DNA of 62,659 bases, counting the filler, from Corallochytrium limacisporum Hawaii (Eukaryota > Protista > Pluriformea): NCBI GenBank assembly GCA_002811645.1. It is 4 parts of 4 records of this genome, joined end to end, with 100 filler letters (N's around TTAATTAATTAA, not from the genome) between each part and the next. Parts side by side here need not be neighbours in the genome. Positions count along the whole stretch, not along the records: positions 1 to 31,424 come from PDIP01000116.1; 3 more parts are not named here. One strand, given 5' to 3'. The position numbers and the translations under genes were made by a program. Below the pieces are notes generated by a model that was not told the DNA's origin, searched no databases, and saw nothing but the letters and a program-made list of their open reading frames with translations. Of the stretch, positions 1 to 12,781 are shown one piece after another (position 1 is the first letter of the stretch; the number at the start of each line of letters is the position of its first letter).

Positions 1-445
1 AGCGACGGCAGAGCTAAATCAAAATGAGTAGATTTGATACAATATTCCCAGACAGAGGGTGGTACTGCTGTGGGGCCCGTCCGCAAAAAGTGAGCAAGCA
101 ATACTGCCTTTGTGGAGAAAATGTCCACAGACTGCATGGAGCTGCAACAAACGCAGGCCACAAAACAGATCGGCAGGAGTCATTGTTCTACTCGGTGCTC
201 TCGACGAGAGCAATGACTCTGTTTGTCGCCTCAGGACTCAAGGTCTGTACTCGAAGTTTACAAAGGGAGCTGAATAAAGGGAATATTTTGCATAGGTATT
301 TGAAAATTACCAATTTCGACAGCACAGAAATTTTGCGATCTTGCCACTCTTGAAAAGCGATATAGGGTCGAGACCTCGACTACCCTTTTGGAACTTGCTT
401 GATACATTAGGGCTGTCAACTGAAAACAACACAAAGGGAACGTAA

Positions 446-3202
<2,757 letters not shown>

Positions 3203-3870
3203 AGATTTGGGCCTGACCTTTCCTTTATCGTTTCATGTTGTCCTCGTTTGGTCAAGAAAAGCACAAAATAGTGTCAATGGTAATAAAACATTGGAAGTCG
3301 ATATCACATGTCTTTTGCGTCGTCCACTTTGACAGAGTCTTTATGTTCGTGAGTGATCACCGTGGCTGTCTCCCGACACTGGGCAAGTCCCGCCTCCCAC
3401 CTCACCAACCTGGCCCCCTCTGCCCGGGGAGGGGGTCCCTTTCCTACCCTCTCCCGTGGGGCCCCATCCTCGCCAGTGGAGAGTTCGGCAGCAGAATTGG
3501 GCAAAACACTGGGGCGCCGCGTCCGGACACTTCTTGTTGATTCCAGCACTTTGGTCCCATCCGCAAGTTATGTACCGGCTTTTGCACAATTGAACTTACG
3601 TTGGTTTTGAAGAATCCAGTTGTGGTCAAGGGTAGTTGAGGACTGAGAGCAGCGCTATCGACCGAGATCAAGAAAGGGATTTACTTTGAGCGCGGAAGCA
3701 GGTGTGAGCCGAGAATGGAAGGGTTTCGTTTGAAGCAATTCAATTTAAGTCAGTAACCACAGAATATAGCATGACGTAAATTCAACAGTTACAAGAGTGT
3801 AGACTCACTAAATGGGGGTTTGTAATTTGCCCATTTGAATCTAGTAGCTAAGAGAGAGGCCACTTCGAGA

Positions 3871-6800
3871 ATGCCGGAGCCCTACCTCGCGGAAAAAGTA
3901 GCGGAGCTAGGCTCCGGGGCCACGGTTGAGTCCCTGGAGGTTTACAATGGCATTATTCTCGTCGGTACCAATAAAGGTACCTTGTATGAGTACGAAACCA
4001 AATTGATAGACAATCCGGACTATGGATCCGACAACATCAGTGTAGGTAGCGCAAGTAAAAGATTGCGGGGCCTCGGAAGCAAAACGTCCGTAGGTAGCGG
4101 ATCAGCAACACCGCAGGGTAGCACCTCGGGAGCTTTCGGTTTCACTGAAAAGTTGACAGCAGTCATGGCAGATCTGATAAACTTTGGTGACACAGAGAAA
4201 TCAAAGGCGACAGCACAGGACGAAGGAAACAAACCTCAAAATCTGATTCCGCCTGCTGGGGAAGGTGGAGAAGGATCGTCTCCATCGGGGTCGCCTGTGC
4301 GCAAGACAAAGATCGAACCGAATACAGAAGGAAGATTGCCGGTAACCATCGTAGATGACAATCGGAATCAACCGAAGCGCAAGGTTGTTGCTGTGTTGAA
4401 GCAAGAGATTCATGGCTTTGCGCGGAAGAGCATCACCTGGCTACACGCATTGAGCGTGTGGGGCTATTTGTTTAGCATAGCGGATGGCATGGTACATATT
4501 CACTACTTGAACACCTATGAGCTTACGCGAAGTCTGAACAAAACTAAAGGAGTGACTGCCGTAGCGGTGGATGTTCAAGATGGTTACGGTCACAGCCTGA
4601 CCCTGCGGGATCCCAACGATGCGCAGGAGTTGGCCGCTCTTGCCGCCGGAGGAGAAGTTAAGCTCCGTATTGCAATTGCCGCGAAGCGCAGGCTCTACAT
4701 CTATGAGTTGAGAGGTAGCAATTTCATCGAAACCCACGAACTGGAACTGCCTCAGCCGGCGTCGGATATTGTTTGGGCGGATTCTCGTCTTTGCTGTGCG
4801 CTCGGAAAAGAATACGTCCTCGTCAATGCAACAACGCCGGAGACCCTGCGGTACCGAACGACGCTTGACCAGGGTGAGAGAGACGGCGCTGCCAGTGATG
4901 ACAGCGCCTCAACATTCGCTTCTCGGTCCGAGGATCCGCACCGCATGGGCGGTGGGGCAGCTACATCGCGCCATAAGCAGCGTTTGGTTGAGCTGTTTAG
5001 TAGTGGCAAAGCAACACCTCGAATTGTCCGAAGTGCGGTGACACGGGAGCTATTTCTCTCAAAGGATTCCTACACAGTGGCCATTAATTACGATGGCCGA
5101 CCATCACGGGAGATGGTTCTGCTTTGGAGTGATTTGCCGAACCGAATCGTGCTTCAACAGCCATACGTCATCGGCATGCTCCCAGGATTTGTGGAGATCC
5201 GTACCATGGACACTCGTGAATTAGTGCAGACCATCGATATCAAGCGTACCCAGACTCATGCGCTGTGGGGTCCAACAGCTGGAGGCTATGATCTCAGCAC
5301 CGGAGATCGTCCGCAGGCCATCAGCGCCGGAGGTGGCACAGTGTTCAACAACACTTTGATGCGCACGTTGAGCATGATCAGTGACGGCACCCTGGCCTAC
5401 ACCGAAGACGACCATACTGAACCTAGGGCTGCCGCAGGAAACGGTGCTGCGAGGGAGGACACGCAGCTGGAGCGTGAGAACAGTGCAACGGATTCTATCA
5501 CGACCACCAATTCCGGTCGGCTAGTCCAGGATCGACCCCAGCGACTTTTGCTGTTGGGTACCACATTTGGAATTTGGAACCTGCGCCTGCGGGCCATCGA
5601 CCGACAGATTGATGACCTAGTCAAAGAGCGATGCTACAATGAAGCCCTCATTCTATGCGAATTATTGGATGAGGAGACGGAAATGCAGCGGGCTAAGCGA
5701 GTGCAGAGGATCTTACGACTGCAGTCCTCGCATCTCTTTGCACAGCATCACTTTCGGGAGGCGTTGGCGCTCATGGGCAATCTCGGATACGATACCGCTC
5801 AGATCATCTCCTTCTTCCCGAACATGTGGACCGTTGAGAAAGAGAATCCCGAGACGGGCCAAACTGAGCCCCTGAATACTTTCACGTACAACGCCATGAG
5901 GGCCAAGGACTCACATTCTACCCCAACTAGTCCACCACCGACCTTGGGCAAGGGCAAGCTCCGCCGGCGCGCCTCTCTACGTCACGCTTTCAGGCCACCA
6001 CTAGATCCACCAGTGCTCGAGGGCCGTGCAGAACGGGCTGCACTGAAGGAGCTCGAAGTTTGGCTCACCAAACGTCGCCAGGTCCTCGTCGGCTTGGGCC
6101 TTGCTTGGGATAGAGAAGAAGCCGAAGAGGCTGAACGCATCCGCCGCCGTCAGGAATGGTTGCGGCTACAGGACCAACAGCGTCAGCATCAACAGGAAAT
6201 GGCGGAACGACGGCGCACTAGCCAGGAGCGTCGAGAGAATGGCAGCATCACCAGCGCCGACCAGAAGGGAAAGGCAGCTGCAACAATTAGTGAAGCTGAT
6301 GAGGACAGTGAGGCCACTCAGCCGCTAAGCGAATCGACCACCACCACTAACGCAGCCGCACAAGGACCACAGATGGAGTTCCGAATGGACGCAACACGTG
6401 GTGTGCGTCAGCTACAGAGCTTCACTATTCCTAAGCTCCCTGGTGGTCAGCTCATGGGGGGCTACTCGGCACCCCACAGCGAGTTGACCACGCCACGATC
6501 CGCGATCGGGTCAATCGCAGAGGGAGAAATTGGCCACGGACCAGATGGCGACCATTTCGTAGACCAGGGCCCAACCGTGTGTCTAAACTTGCCTGGCACG
6601 CGCAGTGACCTGGAAAGGGAGCGTACAATCATCGACACGGCCTTGCTCAAAGTTTATCTGCGCACGAAACCCGTGCTTTTGGGACCCTTACTGCGCATTG
6701 ACAATATGTGCCATGTAGAGGAATCTGAACGCGTGCTGATGGAGGCAAGCCGGCTGCGAGAGCTAGTGGACCTGTACCGCGGCAAAGGGCTCCATCGCAA

Positions 6801-8259
6801 GGCCCTGGAACTGCTCTACAACCACAGCGAAGATGTCCAGAGCCCTCTTACCGGCATCTATCCAACAATTGACTACCTCACGCGCCTTGGCCAAACTGAT
6901 TGGGAAATTCTTGGAGAGTACGCCACCTGGGTGCTGAACGAGGACTGGGAGGAGGCAATGACTATTTTCACCGATGATCTAAAGCTGGGTGACCGCTTGG
7001 ATCACGAAACTGTGGCTAAATATCTCCGGCAGAAGTGCGAGGAGGACAAACTGAGCACAATGGCACTGCAACTGTATCTCGAACACGCCATCAATGTGTT
7101 CAAGGACCACTCTCCCTTTCTGCACACTCTACTGATGAAAACGTACATTGATCTTGGCGGAAACGGTTTAAACAATATGGAAGAACGAGACATCAATGAA
7201 GTGGACTGGTCGGTGTCTGCCACGGACTGTGCAGTGAATCCCGTTCTTTTGTCCCTGCGGTCTAAAATTTTGTCGTTTGCCGGTTCATCGCAAGACTACA
7301 ACCCTGATGAAGTTCTACGCGCGTTAGAAAAGGTGGCCCTACTGCCCAAAGGTACTGTCGTGCTTCCATTCAGCGAAGAGCGCGCGTATATCATGGGCCA
7401 GGCGGGCCGGCATCGCGAGGCACTGCGCATCCTGGCCTACACGATGGCAAACCCGGTAAGCGCAAAGCAGTACTGTGACTTTTGGGCCGCCAAGGGTCTA
7501 CCGTCTCTGCACACTGGAAAGGAGAGGGGTGACCATGCCGAAAAGTCCACCTCAACGGCGGCAACTAAGGTTAGTACGGTGGAGAAATTGGCCACACAAA
7601 GCGCAGTATCCGCGACGGCGACACCCACAGCCACGGACGAGCCCAAAGAAGCGCCCAAGACACTTTCAAAACGCAGTAAGCGGAAGCCAAACAAGCGCAG
7701 TGGAGCAAACAAACAGCAGCAGGACGCCACCGCCCGGGACGTTGGAACCAGTAGGGGCAGAGGTAGCGGTAGCGAAGCTGAGCAACACCCACACATGGTC
7801 CTTCTAGATCTGTATCTCAACCCTGAGGAAGGCCAGCAGGTCAACGTGGATGCGGCTCTTGCACTTATCAATGATTCCACGACACGTATTGATTCTGCTA
7901 AGGCCCTGAATTCTTTGCCGGCAGATACACCCATCATTCAGGTCAGCGAATTCCTGTCTGGTTCCCTGCGCCACCTGTCACAATCGAAGAAGGCCAGCAG
8001 TGTGGCCAGCGGCCTTTTGCGGCAGGAGAACTTGCAGGTCCGCCTTGATGTTCTGCGCGCCCAGCAAAGAGCCGTCTACATTGACAAGAACAGTCTCTGC
8101 ATTCTCTGCGGCAAGAAGATCGGAAAGGCGGCGACTGCCTGGCACCCGTACTCCGGGGCCACCGCCCACTACGCCTGCCAGGAGCAACAGGACATTTTGC
8201 AGGGGACAACTACACGGAACGCGCCCACTGGTCACAACACTAGCAACACTGCAGCCTGA
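3871..8259 (+). CDS. VPS39: Vam6/Vps39-like HOPS subunit (CNH domain, Vps39_1, CHCR repeat, Vps39_2 zinc finger)
   Basis: IDTALLKVYL..KPVLLGPLLRIDNMCHVEESERVL, ELVDLYRGKGLHRKALELL, C-terminal CILCGKKIG...HYAC. First ATG at 3871 (the ORF track starts at a TTG). Confidence 0.92.
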   Translation: MPEPYLAEKVAELGSGATVESLEVYNGIILVGTNKGTLYEYETKLIDNPDYGSDNISVGSASKRLRGLGSKTSVGSGSATPQGSTSGAFGFTEKLTAVMADLINFGDTEKSKATAQDEGNKPQNLIPPAGEGGEGSSPSGSPVRKTKIEPNTEGRLPVTIVDDNRNQPKRKVVAVLKQEIHGFARKSITWLHALSVWGYLFSIADGMVHIHYLNTYELTRSLNKTKGVTAVAVDVQDGYGHSLTLRDPNDAQELAALAAGGEVKLRIAIAAKRRLYIYELRGSNFIETHELELPQPASDIVWADSRLCCALGKEYVLVNATTPETLRYRTTLDQGERDGAASDDSASTFASRSEDPHRMGGGAATSRHKQRLVELFSSGKATPRIVRSAVTRELFLSKDSYTVAINYDGRPSREMVLLWSDLPNRIVLQQPYVIGMLPGFVEIRTMDTRELVQTIDIKRTQTHALWGPTAGGYDLSTGDRPQAISAGGGTVFNNTLMRTLSMISDGTLAYTEDDHTEPRAAAGNGAAREDTQLERENSATDSITTTNSGRLVQDRPQRLLLLGTTFGIWNLRLRAIDRQIDDLVKERCYNEALILCELLDEETEMQRAKRVQRILRLQSSHLFAQHHFREALALMGNLGYDTAQIISFFPNMWTVEKENPETGQTEPLNTFTYNAMRAKDSHSTPTSPPPTLGKGKLRRRASLRHAFRPPLDPPVLEGRAERAALKELEVWLTKRRQVLVGLGLAWDREEAEEAERIRRRQEWLRLQDQQRQHQQEMAERRRTSQERRENGSITSADQKGKAAATISEADEDSEATQPLSESTTTTNAAAQGPQMEFRMDATRGVRQLQSFTIPKLPGGQLMGGYSAPHSELTTPRSAIGSIAEGEIGHGPDGDHFVDQGPTVCLNLPGTRSDLERERTIIDTALLKVYLRTKPVLLGPLLRIDNMCHVEESERVLMEASRLRELVDLYRGKGLHRKALELLYNHSEDVQSPLTGIYPTIDYLTRLGQTDWEILGEYATWVLNEDWEEAMTIFTDDLKLGDRLDHETVAKYLRQKCEEDKLSTMALQLYLEHAINVFKDHSPFLHTLLMKTYIDLGGNGLNNMEERDINEVDWSVSATDCAVNPVLLSLRSKILSFAGSSQDYNPDEVLRALEKVALLPKGTVVLPFSEERAYIMGQAGRHREALRILAYTMANPVSAKQYCDFWAAKGLPSLHTGKERGDHAEKSTSTAATKVSTVEKLATQSAVSATATPTATDEPKEAPKTLSKRSKRKPNKRSGANKQQQDATARDVGTSRGRGSGSEAEQHPHMVLLDLYLNPEEGQQVNVDAALALINDSTTRIDSAKALNSLPADTPIIQVSEFLSGSLRHLSQSKKASSVASGLLRQENLQVRLDVLRAQQRAVYIDKNSLCILCGKKIGKAATAWHPYSGATAHYACQEQQDILQGTTTRNAPTGHNTSNTAA

Positions 8260-8852
8260 ATATTGAAGCTTTTGACATTCTTATATGCACTGATAAACCG
8301 CGTTAGCATCATCTACCTACTATACAATGACTCCGTTCGCTCCCCCTCGGCCCTCTCTGGCGGTGGGTGCGTGGCTCCGACCCCGCGATTCTCGTAGATG
8401 GTACCACATCGAAACACTAGAGATTGGTGACTGAAGTGCGCAAAGAGGGAAGCCAGGTGGGGGGGGGGAGAGGCTGGTTGGCCCGCAGTGTCCCTCAGCC
8501 AAGGGGAAGGCTTCGCGGACGCACGTGACAAAATAGTAAAATGAAAATCCTTGGGAGGGCGGGTTTCTACACATCGAAAGGAGAGGAGCCGTGAGCACAT
8601 AGTTGCACATCAGAGCAGAGCACAGGGTAGTTCAGAGATCACAGGTGTTTTGTCTCAAATGTGGGCACAGAGTATCGCACTGGTCTAAAAATGGTCAAGG
8701 GAGATATAGCGAAATGGTCGAAAATTTGATGTCGTGAACTGAAGGAGATAAGGGCTGAGACCCGTACGCACGTGTGCCATCAGAATTACGCGAGCCACCA
8801 TGACGACATTCTAAAGGATAAAGAACATTCTGTAGTATATTTAATTAGGATC

Positions 8853-11800
8853 ATGCTACATAGGCTGAATCACGTACGTACTGTGGGATTTAACGCTGTG
8901 GCGGGATGCGGAAGGGGATTCGGCACGTCTAGGTTCCTACGTTTCCACCCTGGCAAACATCGGGCACCCACAAATTCCAACAACATATCATACCGTCTGG
9001 ATACAAAGACCACAGCAAAACGGAGACGCCTGACACCGATCGAGCGCACTGATAACATAGTAGTCGGCGAAGTCACTACCAAAGCCAAGGGAGAATCGCT
9101 GAGGAGTCTAGCCGGAAGGGATGCGCTGGACGCGCAGAAGGAAGGCGGAGTGGGACGGCAGCACGTTGGCATCGGCCGTACTGCCGCAGAGCAGGAAATT
9201 ATGGCTGCCGAGGGCCTGTGTTTTAATGAGGATGATGGAAGAGCAACTGACTTCACCGATGAGACTTTTATTTCAGGTGAATCAGCAGGAGCAATGGAGG
9301 CGGCATCACAACCCGGTACAACCGAACGAAAACCGAGAAGTGTAGATCATTACGAGGAAAGAGGCGTCCAGGGATTGCCTCGGGGTTTCATGCTGACTTT
9401 GCGAAGTCTCAGTAATGTTCGGGACGTACAAAGCTTTCTGGCAGAGAACATACCACGAGGTACATCGCCGGCGACAGACGCGCTTATTCGGGCTACAGCA
9501 GTGATCCATGGGTCCCTGCTTGTGCGCCAGGGTTTGGCCCCCCCAGACGCCTTGCAGGCATTGGTGGCTTCCTCGCGGGTGTTTGAAAAGTTAGCAGATC
9601 TACCAACAGATGTAGCAAGCGTGAACGTGCCCCCAACAACATTCTACAACCTAGTTACGGCCGTCGCGGTGCACGGGCTCAAATTGCCGGATACGCATCC
9701 GGTGACACTTTTAGCAAGGAGTAACCTACCAACAAAATTATCGAGCAGTGGGTTTCACATGGGCCCCTTACTGTACATCATGCGTCACGTTAGGCTTCCT
9801 TCAGCACTGGAGCAAAATGTGTGGCATACCATGATCACAACATACAAACCATTGGTGGCCAGAATTGTGGAAAACAAATTCCAACTCTTGCGAGAAAAGG
9901 AGCTGTGGGCCCTGTACCTCAAAGGGTCACCAGAGCAGATGGTTCGAGTCCAGACCTCAGTTCCTGGGTTAAGAAAGGACGATCCCGACTACAGACGCAA
10001 AGTCCAAGAGTACCGGAATGATGTAGAACGGCACACTGCAGCGTTTCAGCGTTTGACAGTCATCGACCGCATTGAACGCTTTCTCTCAGAGTTCAATGTG
10101 TACCTGACTGAATATTTCCATAGCAATGCTTGGCGTAGTCACTCAATGTTCTCAGATACAAGCAATGGTACACCGGTACGGAATGATGTGGATGGAACTG
10201 CGCTCTCTTCAAGTCTTCGCAACCATTTGCGGTTGACCCTGGAAGCGGGCATTGTAGACTCGCGGCTGATGAATTACCTAATGTCTCGGGAGGCTCTGAT
10301 CAATGGGCCCAAGCCACAGAAACCCTGGCTTGAGAATTTGCACCTGGCAAACTACTTGCCACAGGCAGAAACCATGCGTGGTTTTCTGCAGATTGCAGAA
10401 GGTCGCAGGATTGTAGAACGCATCATTTCCCAAAACAATTCACCACAACCTTTACCCAGACACCTAGTGATGAGTCCGGATCAAGCTAGCGTGGCGCTCC
10501 ACTTCTGGGAACGTCATTATAATGTCAAGGGAGGACATGAGTTCTTGCACAGTATCGTGGTTGCCACCATGCGTTTGCAGTTCGAAAATATGCGGGGCAA
10601 TCTTCTGCATGTACAGCACATTTGTGATAGCATACTTAGAGGTACCAAGGACCTGGGAGACATCCCTTTGCGTCGCATCCCACGAGACGAAGTGTTGAGT
10701 AGGCTGGTCAGCAATACGAATTGGGGAGGTGTCCGGAACGCTCCAGATGAGTTTGAACAGCTGACAGGCTCCGCCGACTTGGCAAAATCAGATGGTACGG
10801 GTAGTAGACTAGACTTGCAGACTTTGAGACCATCTATGGATACCTTGGAGGCAGACCGGGCTGGCTTTCTGTTCAGCATGAATCGTACGCTCCACGACTG
10901 CTTGGATATGAATGCCCGATACCTACTATTCCGAACTAGTGAGTCTCCCTCATCAAGTGGAACTCCGCTCTCTGTCATCAAAGACTTATCTTTATATCAA
11001 AAGGACGAGATTCCAGAGAAGACCAGGGGTACACAAGAGTTTTGGGACACAGCCTTCGGCCGGTTTTGTTCGCCCAGCGAACTCATGCAAAATCTGTCGA
11101 CTTTCATGGAAGCATCTCTCCAGGGATCCCGCGTGACATCAATGAAGACGCATCTGGAGGTCAACCAGAGGATCGAACAAGCTCTTCTTGCCTATTTGCG
11201 GGACAAGTGGATGGATAAGCAGTTGCGCAATTACGAACCTTATCTCTTTACCTGGGCTGGTCCACGCAAGACCGTACGTAACGTTAAGCCAGGTCGGCTT
11301 CGATTGGAAGGATTACACTCAATCGCCGCAGGCATGTTCAGTACAGGTTACCTATCGCGGGAGATGTGCATGGAGTTGGTGGGTGAATTGGCGAGCGATG
11401 CCTGCCTTGTTGAAGATGACAATGACAGAGCGAAGACGCTGCATACAGCTGCCATTTGCTGTACACCATGGCGGCAAGCCAGTTTACTCAAGGATGACCA
11501 GGCCAGAGAACAACTGGCAAGGGTGCTCGAACGCTGTGACATCGATGCTGAAGCCTTCTTTAAGTCCCGTTTCCGTTGGAAAGCCACAGAGGGCAGTGAG
11601 GGACGCCACAATTTCACGACGGCGCTCCTGCGTGCAGCTTATGACAAGCAGGTCAACGCCATCAGCCCCGGCACTAAACGGACGGCCGCCTGGATGAGCA
11701 GCAGGAATCTGTTACAGAAATCTTTGCCATTCTATCCGTACATGACCACATTGCAACGCAACATTGTTCGCAACATGCAACAGAAGAGCGAAGGTTTGTT

Positions 11801-12146
11801 ATTCAATGTAGGCCCCATGGAGCCCTTCCGACATTCCCTCTACAAATTCGCGGATACCGAGGTAGGCCAGCACACCATTTACATTGACACGATGGCTACG
11901 GGGCACTTCTTTGTTGAAGATGGAGAAAAGTTGCGAAAGAATGCGTTGTGGGATGTGCTTTCAGCGGAAGAGGAGGCTGGCCTCGTGCGGATCCAGAGCA
12001 GTCGTCTCCTGACTGTCTATGGGCCAAAGTATGGCAGTGCCGCACGTCGCGAGATGCTGCGTAGAACAGTGCTTGAGCACCAGAGCAAGCGAAACGAACA
12101 CCAATCCCAGATGGGATTGTTGCCGGAAACAAAAATCAACCAATAA
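8853..12146 (+). CDS. Uncharacterised ~1100-aa protein, probably mitochondrial, with a degenerate C-terminal RAP-like domain
   Basis: Long uninterrupted ORF. Arg-rich, acid-free N-terminus (MLHRLNHVRTVGFNAVAGCGRGFGTSRFLRF). C-terminal TIYIDTMATGHFF...LRKNAL...GLVRI loosely resembles a RAP domain. The CDS is secure but the function is speculative. Confidence 0.75.
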   Translation: MLHRLNHVRTVGFNAVAGCGRGFGTSRFLRFHPGKHRAPTNSNNISYRLDTKTTAKRRRLTPIERTDNIVVGEVTTKAKGESLRSLAGRDALDAQKEGGVGRQHVGIGRTAAEQEIMAAEGLCFNEDDGRATDFTDETFISGESAGAMEAASQPGTTERKPRSVDHYEERGVQGLPRGFMLTLRSLSNVRDVQSFLAENIPRGTSPATDALIRATAVIHGSLLVRQGLAPPDALQALVASSRVFEKLADLPTDVASVNVPPTTFYNLVTAVAVHGLKLPDTHPVTLLARSNLPTKLSSSGFHMGPLLYIMRHVRLPSALEQNVWHTMITTYKPLVARIVENKFQLLREKELWALYLKGSPEQMVRVQTSVPGLRKDDPDYRRKVQEYRNDVERHTAAFQRLTVIDRIERFLSEFNVYLTEYFHSNAWRSHSMFSDTSNGTPVRNDVDGTALSSSLRNHLRLTLEAGIVDSRLMNYLMSREALINGPKPQKPWLENLHLANYLPQAETMRGFLQIAEGRRIVERIISQNNSPQPLPRHLVMSPDQASVALHFWERHYNVKGGHEFLHSIVVATMRLQFENMRGNLLHVQHICDSILRGTKDLGDIPLRRIPRDEVLSRLVSNTNWGGVRNAPDEFEQLTGSADLAKSDGTGSRLDLQTLRPSMDTLEADRAGFLFSMNRTLHDCLDMNARYLLFRTSESPSSSGTPLSVIKDLSLYQKDEIPEKTRGTQEFWDTAFGRFCSPSELMQNLSTFMEASLQGSRVTSMKTHLEVNQRIEQALLAYLRDKWMDKQLRNYEPYLFTWAGPRKTVRNVKPGRLRLEGLHSIAAGMFSTGYLSREMCMELVGELASDACLVEDDNDRAKTLHTAAICCTPWRQASLLKDDQAREQLARVLERCDIDAEAFFKSRFRWKATEGSEGRHNFTTALLRAAYDKQVNAISPGTKRTAAWMSSRNLLQKSLPFYPYMTTLQRNIVRNMQQKSEGLLFNVGPMEPFRHSLYKFADTEVGQHTIYIDTMATGHFFVEDGEKLRKNALWDVLSAEEEAGLVRIQSSRLLTVYGPKYGSAARREMLRRTVLEHQSKRNEHQSQMGLLPETKINQ

Positions 12147-12781
12147 TGAGAATCAGACGTCCAGCAATGCAAAACAACTCTTGGAAATAAATGTCCATGT
12201 GTGACTTGTAAGAAGCACTCTTTGTGATGTCGATTGATTATATCGGAACAATAGTGGATGCTGAGACCTAGTGGCCTATGTGAGCGACCCCTGGATAGGG
12301 GGACAGCCAGTTCTGATTCTCCCGTTCCTCTGACAATTTTCGATAACAAATTACCCATTTGGCCCCTTCGGTGCCATCACGTAGCTTTCGGTTTGGGAGG
12401 GAGTCTGTTTTCATCACCCACGGCGTACGCAATGAGTGCGGGTCTCGGCAGCTCAGGGAACGCCCAACCCCGATATCCTCCTGTTGGTAGTGGGGAGAAG
12501 GGCAGTCGAGCAAAAAAGAGCCTTGAAGGGGTGTAAGAAGCCGGCACCCACAAGGCCACGTGCAATTGGGACCCAGGGTCGGCGGATTGTTTTAGTTTGG
12601 ATTCTGGTGACATCGTTTGTCAAAAGAAGATATTCAAGGAAGATTGTGTTCTCATACTACTTGTTTACAAAGTACCTGGCAAAAGTTTGGCACATATAGT
12701 GCATGATCCGGGATCAGGCGCAGGTTCTCATGTCACAACCTTGTGCATAGTTGTAATGAGTTCGGAATTGGCCACATAAAC

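Noticed and set aside
24-353. 109-aa ORF upstream of Sec23 as a second bicistronic ORF1
   Set aside because: No recognisable domain and it contains three further ATGs, so it lacks the leaky-scanning signature.
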